DNA of 64,000 nt, taken from NCBI GenBank assembly GCA_030390025.1, contig CM059431.1, positions 143,408,001 to 143,472,000 of the forward strand, read 5' to 3'. This DNA is from Squalus acanthias. Lineage: Eukaryota. Each line of letters opens with the position of its first letter. The stretch's first letter is position 1. The notes below the pieces were generated by a model. It was given only the letters and a program-made list of their open reading frames with translations, had not been told where the DNA came from and did no database searches. Of this stretch, positions 11,393 to 23,486 are shown one piece after another. Position numbers and translations under genes: made by a program.

Positions 11393-14300
11393 ATTGCTGT
11401 ATCCAGTGCGCTCAGCCGTTTCTTGATATCACGTGGAGTGAATCGAATTGGCTGAAGACTGGCTTCTGTGATGGTGGAGACCTCGGGAGTAGGCCGACAT
11501 GGATCATCCACTCAGCACTTCTGGCTGAAGGTGGTTGCAAACACTTCAGCCTTGTCTTTTGCACTCACGTGCTGGGCTCCACCATCATTGAGGATGGGGA
11601 TATTCATGGAGCCTCCTCCTCCCGTTAGTTGTTTCATGGTCCAGCACCATTCACGACTGGATGTGGCAGGACTGCAGAGCTTAGATCTGATCCGTTGATT
11701 GTGGGATCGCTTAGCCCTGTCTATAGCATGCTGCTTCCGCTTTTTAGCATGCATGTCGTCCTGTGTTGCAGCTTCCTCAGGTTGGCACCTCATTTTTAGG
11801 TATGCCTGGTGCTGCTCCCAGCATGCTGTTCTACACTCCTATTGAACCAGGGTTGGTGGTAATGGTAGAGTTAGGGATATGCCGGGCCATGAGGTTACAG
11901 ATTGTGGTGGAATACAATTCTGCTGCTGCTGATGGTCCACAGCGCCTCATGAATGCCCAGTTTTGAGCTGCTAGATCTGTTCTGAATCTATCCCATTTAG
12001 CACGGTGGTAGTGCCACACAACACGATGGAGGGTGTCCTCAGTGTGAAGACAGGACTTCGTCTCCACAATGACTGTCACTGCTACCAATGCGGACAGATG
12101 CATCTGCGACAGGTAGATTGGTGAGGACGAGGTCAAGGTCAAGCAGGTTTTTCCCCTCCTGTTGGTTCTCTCACCACCTGTCGCAGGCCCAGACTGGCAG
12201 TTATGTCCTTCAGAGCTCGGTCAGTAGTGGTGCTACCGAGCCACTCTTGGTGATGGACATTGAAGTCCCCCACCCAGAGTACATTCTGTGCTCTTGCTGC
12301 TCTCAGTGCTTCTTCCAAATGGTGTTCAACATGGAGAACTATGATTCATCAGGGGAGGGAGGATGGTAGGTGCTAATCAGCAGGAGGTTTCCTTGCTTAA
12401 CCTGAAGCCATGAGACTTTAATATTGAGGACTCCCAGGGCCAGTACTTCTCAACTGTAGACCACTGTGCCGCCACCATGGTGGGTCTGTCCTGCCGGTGG
12501 GACAGGACATACCCAGGGATGGTGATGGATGAGTTCGGGACATTAGCTGAAAGATATGATTCTGTGAGTATGACTATGTCAGGCTGTTGCGTGACTAATC
12601 TGGGTGACAGCTCTCCCAATCTTGGCACAGGTCCCCAGATGTTGGTGAGGAGGAATTTGCAGGGTTGACTGGGCCATTGCTGTGTCCATAGCCGAGGTCA
12701 ATGCTGGGTGGTCCGTCCAGTTTCATTCTTATTATTTTGTTTCGTAGCGGTTAGTTACAACTGAGTGACTTGCTAGGCCATTTCAGAGGGCAGTTAAGAG
12801 TCAACCACATTGCTGTGGGTCTGGAGTCACATATAGGCCAGACCAGGTAAGGAAGGCAGATTTCCTATCTTAAAGGACATTAGTGAACCAGATGGGTTTT
12901 TACAACAACTATTACTGACACTAGCTTTTTATTCCAGATTTATTTAATGAACTGAATTTAAATTCCCCAGCTGCTGTGGTGGGATTTGAACTCACGTCTC
13001 TGGATCATTAGTCCAGGCCTCTGGATTACTAGCCCAGTGACATTACCACTACGCTACTGTATATCAAGCAAAGACTATGGGCCCCGACAACATCCCAGCT
13101 ATCGTGCTGAAGACTTGTGCTCCAGAACAAGCCACGCCTCTAGCTAAGCTGTTCCAGTACAGCTACAACACTGGCATCTATCCAACAATGTGGAAAACTG
13201 CCCAGGTATGTCCTGTCCACAAAAAGCAGGACAAATTCAATCCGGCCAATTACCACTCCATCAGTCTACTCTCAATCATCAGCAAAGTGATGGAAGGCGT
13301 CATCGACAGTGCTATCAAGTGGCACTTACTCACCAATAACCTGCACACTGATGCCCAGTTTGGGTTCCGCCAAGACCACTCGGCTCCCGACCTCATTGCA
13401 GCCTTGGTTCATACATGGACAAAGGAGCTGAATTCCAGAGGTCACGTGAGAGTGACTGCCCTGGACATCAAGGCATTTGACAGAGTGTGGCATCAAGGAG
13501 CCCTAGTAAATCTGAATTCAATGGGAATCAGGGGGAAAACCCTCCACTGGCTGGAGTCATACCTAGCACAAAGGATCATGGTTGCAGTGATTGAAGGTCA
13601 ATCATCACAGCCCCAGGACATCGCTGCAGGAGTTCCTCAGGGCAGTGTCCTAGGCCCAACCATCTTCAGCTGCTTCATCACTGACCTTCCCTCCAACATA
13701 AGGTCAAAAATGGGGATGTTCGCTGATGACTGCACAGTGTTCAGCGCCACTCACAATTCCGCAGATAATGAAGCAGTCCATGCCCGCATGCAACAAGACC
13801 TGGACGATGTTCAGGCTTGGGCTGATAAGTGGCAGGTAACATTCGTACCACAGAAGTGCCAGGCAATGACTATCTCCAACAAGCGAGAGTCTAACCACCT
13901 CCCCTTGACATTCAACGGCATTACCATCGCCGAATCCCCCACCATCAACATCCTGGGGGTCACCATTGACCAGAAACTTAACTGGACCAGCCAGATAAAT
14001 ACTGTGGCAACAAGAGCACGTCAGAGGCTAGATATTCTGCAGCGAGTGTCTCACCTCCTGACTCCCCAAAGCCTTTCCACTATCTACAAGGCACAAGTGA
14101 GGAGTGTGATGGAATACTCTCACTTGCCTGGATGAGTGCAGCTGCAACAACACTCAAGAAGCTCGACACCATCCAGGGCAAAGCAGCCCGCTTGATTGGC
14201 ACCCCATCCACCACCTTAAACATTCACTCCCTCCACCACCGGCATACCGTGGCTGCAGTGTGTACCATCTACAAGATGCACTGCAGCAACTCGCCAAGGC

Positions 14301-14556
14301 TTCTTCGGCAGCACCTCCCAAACCCATGACCTCTTCCACCTAGAAGGACAAGGGCAGCAGGCGCATGGGAACACCACTACCTCCAAGTTACCCTCCAAGT
14401 CACACACCATCCTGAATTAGAAGTATATCGCCGTTCCTTCATCGTCGCTGGGTCAAAATCCTGGAACTCCTCCCTAACAACACTGTGGGAGTACCTTCAC
14501 CACACGGACTGCAGCGGTTCAAGGCAGCAGCTCACCACCACCTTCTCAAGGGCAAT
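11393..14556 (+). mobile_element. near-full-length CR1-group LINE family B (tRNA-like head plus APE-RT, no ORF1) with its 5' half (11393-13060) inverted
   Basis: Minus part: A box 13056-13046, B box 12991-12982, APE (TNIWG...QPDIVILTESYL). Plus part: 352-aa RT ORF ([14 protein letters not shown]) and 3' end. The halves join at ...GGATACAGCAA / AGCAAAGACTATGG. TSD ATATTGC at 11391-11397 and 14555-14561. Confidence 0.88.
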
Positions 14557-14561
14557 ATTGC

Positions 14562-15160
14562 CCACAGAGTACAAGCGCAACGAAATTAGGCTCAGCCATC
14601 ATCAAACACTGGTTAGGCCTCAGCTGGAGCATGGTGTCCAATTCTGGGCACCGCACTTTAGGAAGGCTTCCAAGGCCTTGGAGAGGGTGCAGAGGAGATT
14701 TACTAGAATGGTAACAGAGATGAGGGACTTCAGCTACATGGAGATACTAGTGAATCTTGTTCTCCTTAGAACAGAAAAGGTTAAGGAGAGATTTAATACA
14801 AGTGTTCAATATCTTGAAGGTGTTTCGATAGAGTAAATAAGGAGCAACTGTATCCACTGACAAAAGGGTCGGTAAACAGTGGACACAGATTGAATGTAAT
14901 TGACAAAAGAGCCAGAGGTGAGATGAGGAGATTGGTTTTAGGGATCATGTTATTATGATCTGGAATGCAATGTCTGAAAGAGTGGTGGGAGCAGAGGCAA
15001 TAGTAACTTTTAAACCTGAATTAGTTAAATACACGAAGGGGAGAACATTAGCAGTGCTCTGGGGACAGAGCAGGGGAGTGAGACACATTGGATTGCTCTT
15101 TCAAAGAGCCGGTACAGGCACGTTGTGCAGAATGGCCTCATTCTGTACTGTATGATTCCA
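14562..15160 (+). mobile_element. CR1 LINE, 3' fragment
   Basis: Translation LVRPQLEHGVQFWAPHFRK...LERVQRRFTRMV. Confidence 0.8.
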
Positions 15161-15284
15161 AGTTTCTATGGTATCGACCTCTGACTGGTCCTAAGCCTGT
15201 AATAAATGATAAGTGTACTTCAATACTATTTACAGAAGCAGACCTTTAGCGTGTGAAATTGCATTTGGAAGTTTTATTTTGTTA

Positions 15285-16634
15285 ACCAGCAAAGGAAGAC
15301 CAAAAATTGATTAAAAGGGAGCAGATAGAATATGAATGTACACTAGAAAGAAACATAAAAATTCCAAAGTATGTAAAAAGGAAGAGAGTGGCAAAAGTAA
15401 GCATTGGTCCCTTCGAGGCTGAGACAGGAGAAATTATAATGGGAAATAAGGAAATGGCAGAGACATTAAACACATATTTTGTATCTGTCTTCACAAAAGA
15501 CACAAATAGCATACCAAAAATAGCAGGGAACCAAGGGGCTGATGAGAGTGAGGAACTTAAAGTAATTAATATCAGTAGAGAAAAAAGTACTCGAGAAACT
15601 AATGGGACTAAAATCTGACAAATCCCCTGGACCTGACGGCCTACATCCTAGGGTTCTAAAAGAGGTGGCTGCAGAGATAGTGGATGCATTGGTTGTGATC
15701 TTCAAAATTCCCTAGATTCTGGAACGGTCCCAGCACATTGGAAGGTAGAAAATGTAACCTCGCTATTCAAGAAAGGGGGAAGAGAGAAAGCAGGACCTAC
15801 AGGCCAGTGAGCCTGACGTCAGGAAATGCTGGAATCCAGGTGACAGGGCGCGTAGAAAATCATAATATGATCAGGCAGAGTCAACATGGTTTTGTGAAAG
15901 GGAAATCACGCTTAACCAATTTATTAGTGTTTTTTGAGCATGCAACTAGCAGAGTCGATAAAGGGGAACCAGTGGATGTAATATATTTGTATTTCCAAAA
16001 GACATTTGATAATGTGTCACATAAAAGGTTGTTACGCAAGATGGGGTCATGGGGTTAAGGGTAATATATTAGCATGGATAGAGGATTGGTTAACGGACAG
16101 AAAAGAGAGAGTAGGGATAAACAGGCCATTTTCAGATTGGTGAGCTGTAACTAGTGGGGTGCCGCAAGGATCAGTGCTTGGGCCTCAGCTATTTACAATC
16201 TATATCAATGACTTAGATGAAGGGAACGAGTGCAATGTATCCATGTTTTCTGACGATACAAAACTAGGTGGGACAGTAAGCTATGAGGAGGACACAAAGA
16301 GCCTGCAAAGGGATATGGGCAGGTTAAGTGAGTGGGCAATAAGGTAACAGATGGAATATAATGTGGGGAAATGTGAGGTTATTCACTTTGGTAGGAAGAA
16401 TAGAAAAACAGAATCTTTTTTAAATGGTGAAAAGTTATTAAATGTTGTTGTTCAGACAGATTTAGGTGTTCTCGTACAGGCAACAAAGTTAGCATGCAGG
16501 TACAGCAAGCAATTAGGAAGGCGAATGGCATGTTGGACTTTATTACAAGCGAGTTGGAGTACAACAGTAAGGAAGTCTTGCTACAATTGTACAGGGCTTT
16601 GGTGAGACCACACTCTGAGTACAGTGCACAGTTT
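15285..16634 (+). mobile_element. CR1 LINE (family A), RT fragment, frameshifted
   Basis: [39 protein letters not shown]. Confidence 0.9.
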
Positions 16635-17097
16635 TGGTAGCCTTATCAATAAAGGATGGGATAAACACAGTAGAGAGAAAGGATCTTAGCAACGAAAATC
16701 AAGAAGTAGAATCAGTTTGGGTGGAGCTAAGAAAGAGCAAGGGGCAGAAAACATTGGTTGGAGGTGTTTATACACCCCCATACAGTAGTTGTAATGTAGG
16801 GCAGAGCATAAATCAGGAAATTAGAGGTGCATGTAGCAAGGGTAATACAGTAATCATGGGGAACTTTAATCTACATATAGACTGGGGAAACCAAATTTAC
16901 AGTAATAGTGTGGAGGACATTATCTGAGTCAATGGGACTCTCCCTGACCTTTGTCCCCAGTCCATCTTCAGGACCAGTGTGTACCTGAGTCAATGGGACT
17001 CTCTCTGACCTTTCTCCCCAGTCCATCTCCAGGACTAGTGCATACCTGAGTCTGAATTTTATAGTGAGTTTGAAAGTGATTTAGTTAAATCCGAAAC

Positions 17098-17669
17098 ATA
17101 AGAACATAAGAAATAGGAGCAGGAGTAGGCCATTCGAGCCTGCTCCGCCATTCAATGAGATCATGGCTGATCTTCTGCCTCAACTCCATTCATCGGCCCT
17201 ATCGCCATATCCCTTGATGCCCTTACTAGTCAGAAATCTATCGACTTCTGTTTTGAATATACCCAATGACTGAGCCTCCACAGCCCTCTGCGGTAGAGAA
17301 TTCCAAAGATTCACCACCCTCTGTGTGAAGAAATTTCTTCTCATCTCAGTCCTGAATGGCCTACCCTTTATCCTGAGGCTGTGGCCCCTGGTTCTAGACT
17401 CCCCAGCCAAGGGAAACATTCTCCCAGCATCCACCCCTGTAATAATTTTATATGCTTCAATGAGATCCCCTCTCATTCTTCTGAATTCAAGAGAATACAG
17501 GCCTAGTTTACTCAATCTCTTCTCATACAACAGCCCCACCATCTCAGGAATCAGTCTCGTGAACCTTCGTTGCACTCCCTCTATGGCAAGTATATCCTTC
17601 CTTAGGTAAGGAGACCAAAATTGTCCACAGTTATACAAGGTATGGTCTCACCAAGGCCCTATATAATTA
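17098..17669 (-). mobile_element. 5'-truncated CR1 (family A) nested in the opposite orientation
   Basis: ORF QFWSPYLRKDILAIEGVQRRF..., (cataagaa)n tail, TSD GAAAC at 17093-17097 and 17670-17674. Confidence 0.9.
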
Positions 17670-17747
17670 GAAACTAGGGTCTTAAATCTAAACAAAGCAA
17701 ACTACGTAGGTATGAGGGGCGAAATTGCTAAGGTAGATTGGAAAACT

Positions 17748-18050
17748 ACCTCCAAAACCCACGACCTCTTCCACCTTGAAGGACAAGGGCAGCAGGCGCA
17801 TGGGAACACCACCACCTCCAAGTTCCCCTCCAAGTCACACACCATCCTGACTTAGAAGTATATCGCCGATCCTTCATCGTCGCTGGGTCAAAATCCTGGA
17901 ACTCCCTACCTGACAGCAGTGTGGGAGTACCTTCACCACACGGACTGCAGCGGTTCAAGAAGGCAGCTCACCACCACCTTCTCAAGGGCAATTAGGGATG
18001 GACAATAAATGCTGGCCTCGTCAGCGACGCCCATATCCCATAAAAATGAA
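17748..18050 (+). mobile_element. 3' end of LINE family B nested in CR1
   Basis: Near-identical to 14315-14556, and extends to the complete tail (gggcaattagggatggacaataaatgctggcc...cccatatcccat). Confidence 0.85.
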
Positions 18051-20187
18051 TTTAAAAAAGGTATGATGGTAGAAAAGCAATGACTAGCATTTAAATAATT
18101 AATACATAATTTACAACAAATATACATTTTTAAGGCACAAAAACCCCACAGGAAAAGTGGTCCAACCGTGGCTAACAAGAGAAGTTAAAGATAGTATTAG
18201 ATCAAAGGAAGAGGCTTAAAATGTTGCCAAAAAGAGTAGTAAGCCTGAGGATTGGGAGGATTTTAGAATTCAGCAAAGGAGCACCAAGAAATTGATAAAG
18301 GGAAAATAGAATAGGAGAGTGAACTAGCGAGAGACATTAAAACAGACCATAAAAGCTTCCATAGGTATGTAAAAAGACAAAGATTAGCGAAAGTAAATGT
18401 GGGTCCCTTACAGGCTGAGACAGGAGAAATTATAATGGGAATTAATGAAATGGCAGAGAAATTAAACAAATACTTTGTATTTGTCTTCACAGAAGAAGAT
18501 GCAAAAAACTTCCCGGAAATAGTGGAGAACCAAGGGTCCAGCGAGAATAAGGGACTGAATGAAATTAGTATTCGTAAAAAAATAGTACTGGAGAAATGAA
18601 TGGGACTGAAAGCCGATAAATCCCCTGGACCTGATGGCCAACATCCTAGGTTTTGAAAGAGGTGGCTATAGATATAGCGAATGCATTGGTTGTCATTTTC
18701 CAAAATTCCATAGATTCTGGAACGGTTCCCGCGAATTGGAAGGTAGCAAATGTAACCCCACGATTTAAGAAAGGAGGGAGAGAGAAAACGGGTAATTACA
18801 GACCACTTAGCCTGACATCAGTAGTAGGAAAAATGCTAGAATCTATTATTAAGGACGTGGTAACAGGGCACTTAAATAATAATAGAATTGGGCAGAGTCA
18901 ACACGGATTTATGAAAGGGAAATTGTGTTTGACAAATCTGTTAAGAGGTTTTTGAGGTTGTAACTAGCAGAATAGATAAGGGGGAAACAATGGATGTGGT
19001 GTATTTGGATTTTCAGAAGGCATTCGGTATGGTGCCACACAAGAGGTTATTAAACAAAATTAGGGCTCATGGGATTGGGGGTAATATATTAGCATGTATT
19101 GAGGATTGGCTAACGGACAGAAAACAGAGAGTAGCAATAAACGGGTTATTTTCGGGTTGGCAGGCTGCAACTAATGGGGTAACGCAAGGATCAGTGCTTG
19201 GGCCTCAGCTATTCACAATCTACATCGATGATTTGGATGAGGGGACCAAATGCAATTTATCCAAGTTTGCTGATACAAAGCTCGGTGGGAATGTAAGTTG
19301 TGAGGAGGATGCAAGGAGGCTTCAAGGGGATATCGACAGGCTAATTGAGTGGGCAAGAACACTGCAAATGGAATATAATGTGGAGAAATGTGAAGTTATC
19401 CACTTTGGTAGGAAAAATAGAAAAGCAAAGTATTTTTTAAATGGTGAGAGATTGGGAAATGTTGGTGTTCAGAGGGACCTGGGTGTCCTTGTACACGAAT
19501 CACTGAAAGTTAACATGCAGCGACAGCAAGCAATTAGGAAAGCAAATGGTATGTTGGCCTTCATTACAAGAGGATTTGGGTATAAGAGTAAAGACGTCTT
19601 ACTGCAAATATATCGGGCCCTGGTGAGACCACACCTGGAGTATTGTGTACAGTTTTGGTCTCCTTACCTAAGGAAGGATATACTTGCCATAGACAGAGTG
19701 CAACGTAGGTTCACCAAACTGGTTCCTTGGATGGGGGGATTGTCCTATGAGAAGAGGTTGAGTCGACTAGGCACATATTCTCTAGAGTGTAGGTGAGAGG
19801 TGATCTCATTGAAACATACAAAATTCTGACAGAAGTTGACAGGGTAGATGCAGGGAAGATGTTTCCCCTGGCTGGGGAGTCTTGAACCAGGGGTCACACT
19901 CTCAGAATAAGGGGTCGGCCATTTAGGACTGAGATGAGGAGAAATTTCTTCACTCAGAGGCTGGTGAATCTTTGGAATTCTCTACCCCAGAGGACTGTGG
20001 AGGCTCAGTCATTGAGTATATTCAAGACAGAGATCGACAGACTTTAGAATATTAAGGGACTGAAGGGATATTGGGATAGTGCAGGAAAGTGGAGATGAGG
20101 TTGAAGATCAACCATGATGTTATTGGATGGCGGCGCAGGCTCGAAGGGCCAAATGGCCGACTCCTGCTCATATTTCTTATGTTCTTG

Positions 20188-22950
20188 AAGAAGTGGGTTT
20201 TAGGCGGGTCTGACAGGAGAGGGAGGCAGGGGGGTTTAGGTGCGGAATTGCAGAGCAGAGAGCCTGGACAGCTGAAGGCACGGCCGCCACGATTGGGATT
20301 AGAAGAGGGTGAAATGCACCAGATATCAGTGTTGGAGGAACAGAGAGATCTTGGAGGTGGGGGATTGTAGAGCTGGAGGAGGTTACAGAGGCTGGAAGGG
20401 ACAAGACCATGAAGGGGTTTAAACAAGCATGAGAGTTTTAATTTGGAGCAGCTGGGGGACCAAGAGCCAATGTAGGTTCACAAGGACAGGGGTGATCGCT
20501 GAGCAGGGTTTCATGCATTTAAGTTGACGGAGGGTGAAAGGATCAAAGCCGACCGGGAGAGCACTGGGAAATTCGAGTCTCCAGGTGATAAAAGTATGGA
20601 TGAGGGTTTGAGAAGATGGGTTGAAGCAGGTACGAAGATGGATGATGTTACGGAGGTGGAAGTTGGCAATCTTTGACCTGGAGAGAATATCTGGTCAGAA
20701 GCTGAGCTTGGCGTCAAATAGAACACTGCAATTTATTTATTCGTTTATGGGATGTGGGCGTCGCTGGCAAAGCCAGCATTTGTTGCCCATCACTAATTGC
20801 CCTTGAGAAGGTGGTGGTGAGCCGCCGCCTTGAACCGCTGCAGTCCGTGAGGTGAAGGTACTCTCACAGTGCTGTTAGGGAGGGAGTTCCAGGATTTTGA
20901 CCCAGCGACGATGAACGATCGGCTGACATACTTCGAAGTCAGGATCATGTGTGTCTTGGACGGGAACTTGGAGGTTTTGGTGTTCCCATACGCCTGCTGC
21001 CCTTGTGCTGCCGAAGAAGCCTTGACGAGTTGCTGCAGTGCATCTTGTAGATTGTACACACTGCAGCCATGGTAGCCGGTGGTGGAGGAAGTGAATGTTT
21101 CAGGTGGTGGATGGGGTGCCAAGCAAGCGGGCTGTTTTGTCCTGGATGGTGTCAAGCTTCTTGAGTTTTGTTGGAGCTGCACTCATCCAGGCAAGTGGAG
21201 AGTATTCCATCACACTCCTTACTTGTGCCTTGTAGATGGTGGAAAAGCTTTGGAGAGTCAGGAGGTGAGACACTCACCACAGAATACCCAGCCTCTGACC
21301 TGCTCTTGTTGCCAAACTATTTGTGTGGCTGGTCCAGTTAAGTTCCTGTCAATGGTGACCCCCAGGATGTTGATGGTGGCGGATTCGGCGATGGTAATCG
21401 CGTTGAATGTCAAGGGGGGGGTGGTTAGATTCTCGCTTCTTAGAGATAGTCATTGCCTGCCACTTGTGTGGTGCGAATGTTGCCTGTCACTAATCAGCCC
21501 AAGCCTGAACGTCGTCCAGGTCTTGTTGCATGTGGGCATGGACTGCTTCATTATCTGAGGAGTTGTGAATGGCGCTGAACACTGTGCAGTCATCAGCGAA
21601 CATCCCCAATTCTGACCTTATGTTGGAGGGAAGGTCCTTGATGAAGCAGCTGAAGATGGTTGGGCCTAGGACACTGCCCTGAGGAACCCCTGCAGCCATG
21701 TCCTGAGGCTGTGTTGACTGACCTCCAACCACCACAACCATCTTACTTTGTGTTAGGTATGACTCCAGGCAGTGGTGCGTTTTACCCCCGATTCCCATTG
21801 ACTTCAGTTTTACTAGGGCTCCTTGATGCCACACTTCGGTTAAATGCTGCCTTGATGTCAAGGGCAGTCACTCTCACCTCACATCTGGAATTCAGCTCCT
21901 TTGCCATGTTTGGATCAAGGCTGTAATGAGGTCGGGAGCCAAGTGGTCTTGGCAGAACCCAAACTGGGCATCAGTGAGCAGGTTATCGGTGAGTTAGTGC
22001 CGCTTGATAGCACTGTCGATGACACCTTCCATCACTCTGCTGATGATTGAGGGTAGACTGATGGAGCGGTATTTGGCCGGGTGGGATTTGTCCTGCTTTT
22101 TGCGGACAGGACATACCCGGACAGTTTTCCCCATTGTCGGATAGATGCCAGTATTGTAGCTGTACTGGAACAGCTTGGCTAGAGGCGCGGCTAGTTCTTG
22201 AGCACAGGTGTTGGATCAGCACGATAGCCAGGATGTTGTTGGAGCCCATAGCTTTTGCTGTATCCAGTGCGGTCAGCCGTTCCTTGATATCACGTGTGAA
22301 CATTATGTTTAAATCTGAGACACTGATTGGGACGGGGAGGGAACAGAATTCCTGGCAGGGGCCGAAGTCCATGTCTTTGGTCTTCCCAATGTTTAATTGG
22401 AGAAATGTGTAGCTCATCACAGATGAATGTCAGACAAGCAGCGTGAGAAAGCAGAGGCAGTGGAGGGTTCGAGAGATGTGGTGGAGATGTGGAGCAGAGT
22501 GGTGTCAGGGTACATGTGAAAGCTGACCACTTGTCTTCGGATGTCTCCAAGGGCCAGCACGTAGATGAGAAATAGGAGGGGACGAGGGGTGATCCATGGG
22601 GGACTCCAGAGGTAACAGTGTGAGAGCGGGAAGAGAAGCTGTTGATGGAGATTCTCTGACTACTAGATGGTTAAAAGTGGAAACAAGCGACGGCAGTCCC
22701 TCTGAGCTGGACAACGGAGGAGGATGTTGTGCTCGACCGTGTCAAAGACTGCAGAAGTCGAGAAAAATGAGGAGTGATAGTTTACCACGGTCACAATCTT
22801 AGAATGTGTCGATTGGGACTTTGGTTATTGTCATTTCAGTGGTGTGGCAGGAGCAGAAACCCGATTGGAGAGATTCAAACATGAGGCTGTGAAAAAGATG
22901 GGTAGAAATTCAGGAGGCGACAAAACATTGAGGAAAGGGAGGATGGAGAT
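20188..22950 (-). mobile_element. decayed L2-clade LINE interrupted by a family-B copy
   Basis: Translations FKPLHGLVPSSLCNLLQ...GGRAFS and FLQLNIGKTK, plus a GVPQGS-like remnant near 22600. Confidence 0.7.
20730..22295 (-). mobile_element. LINE family B, 5'-truncated RT copy
   Basis: VWHQGALVKLKSMGIGGK...[20 protein letters not shown]...FADD. The tail at 20735-20800 matches 17990-18050. Confidence 0.88.
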
Positions 22951-23032
22951 GCACCTGTCTAAATTTTCACCCACGGGTCAATCGGGACGAGTCTCTGATC
23001 AAACCCACTCCTCTGAAATATACAAACCTTAC

Positions 23033-23150
23033 TTGTGATTCAATGTTACAGGAACAGTTAAACTCATTTCACTTTTACAGAATATTCCACATGCTCTGGC
23101 TGGGCGACTGGAATCTCCCAGTTCCACCAGAGGAGTTTGCTTGTTGTAGG
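23033..23150 (-). other. putative non-coding (5' UTR) exon of the NLR gene
   Basis: Unique island between repeats with acceptor ctctaattctgtag| and donor CACAA|gtaagg. Not in frame with the main CDS. Confidence 0.35.
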
Positions 23151-23486
23151 CTACAGAATTAGAGCAAAGCTTCTGATGTTCTCTTTATACCAAACTGTCT
23201 CAGAAAATGTGGCATCGTCACCTCCTTTTTTACATAGAATTAACAGCAGAGAAACAAGCTATTCAGCTCAAGTGGTCTGGGCCAGTGCCTATGGTCCACA
23301 CGAAACTGCTACCACCGCTCTTGTTCTAACCCCATCAGCATAACCTTATATTCCTTTCTCCCTCATGCGTTTATGAAACATGTCATTCAATGCATATTTT
23401 ATTTGTAGTGTGGCTCAGCAACATGGAATTTGCTTTCTGACGGACCATGTACAATTTAAGTGATGTTGTTCCTCCGTCCCCGCAGT

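Larger units (their letters stand above)
16635..20187 (+). mobile_element. CR1 LINE (family A), APE-RT-3' end, carrying three nested inserts
   Basis: APE remnant (VESVWVEL...MGNFNLHIDW), RT ORFs 18653-19796, and CR1 tail ctcctgctcatatttcttatgttctt. Confidence 0.9.

Noticed and set aside
12975..13060. Functional tRNA gene
   Set aside because: It has A and B boxes but I could not fold a full cloverleaf. It is the head of a retroelement.
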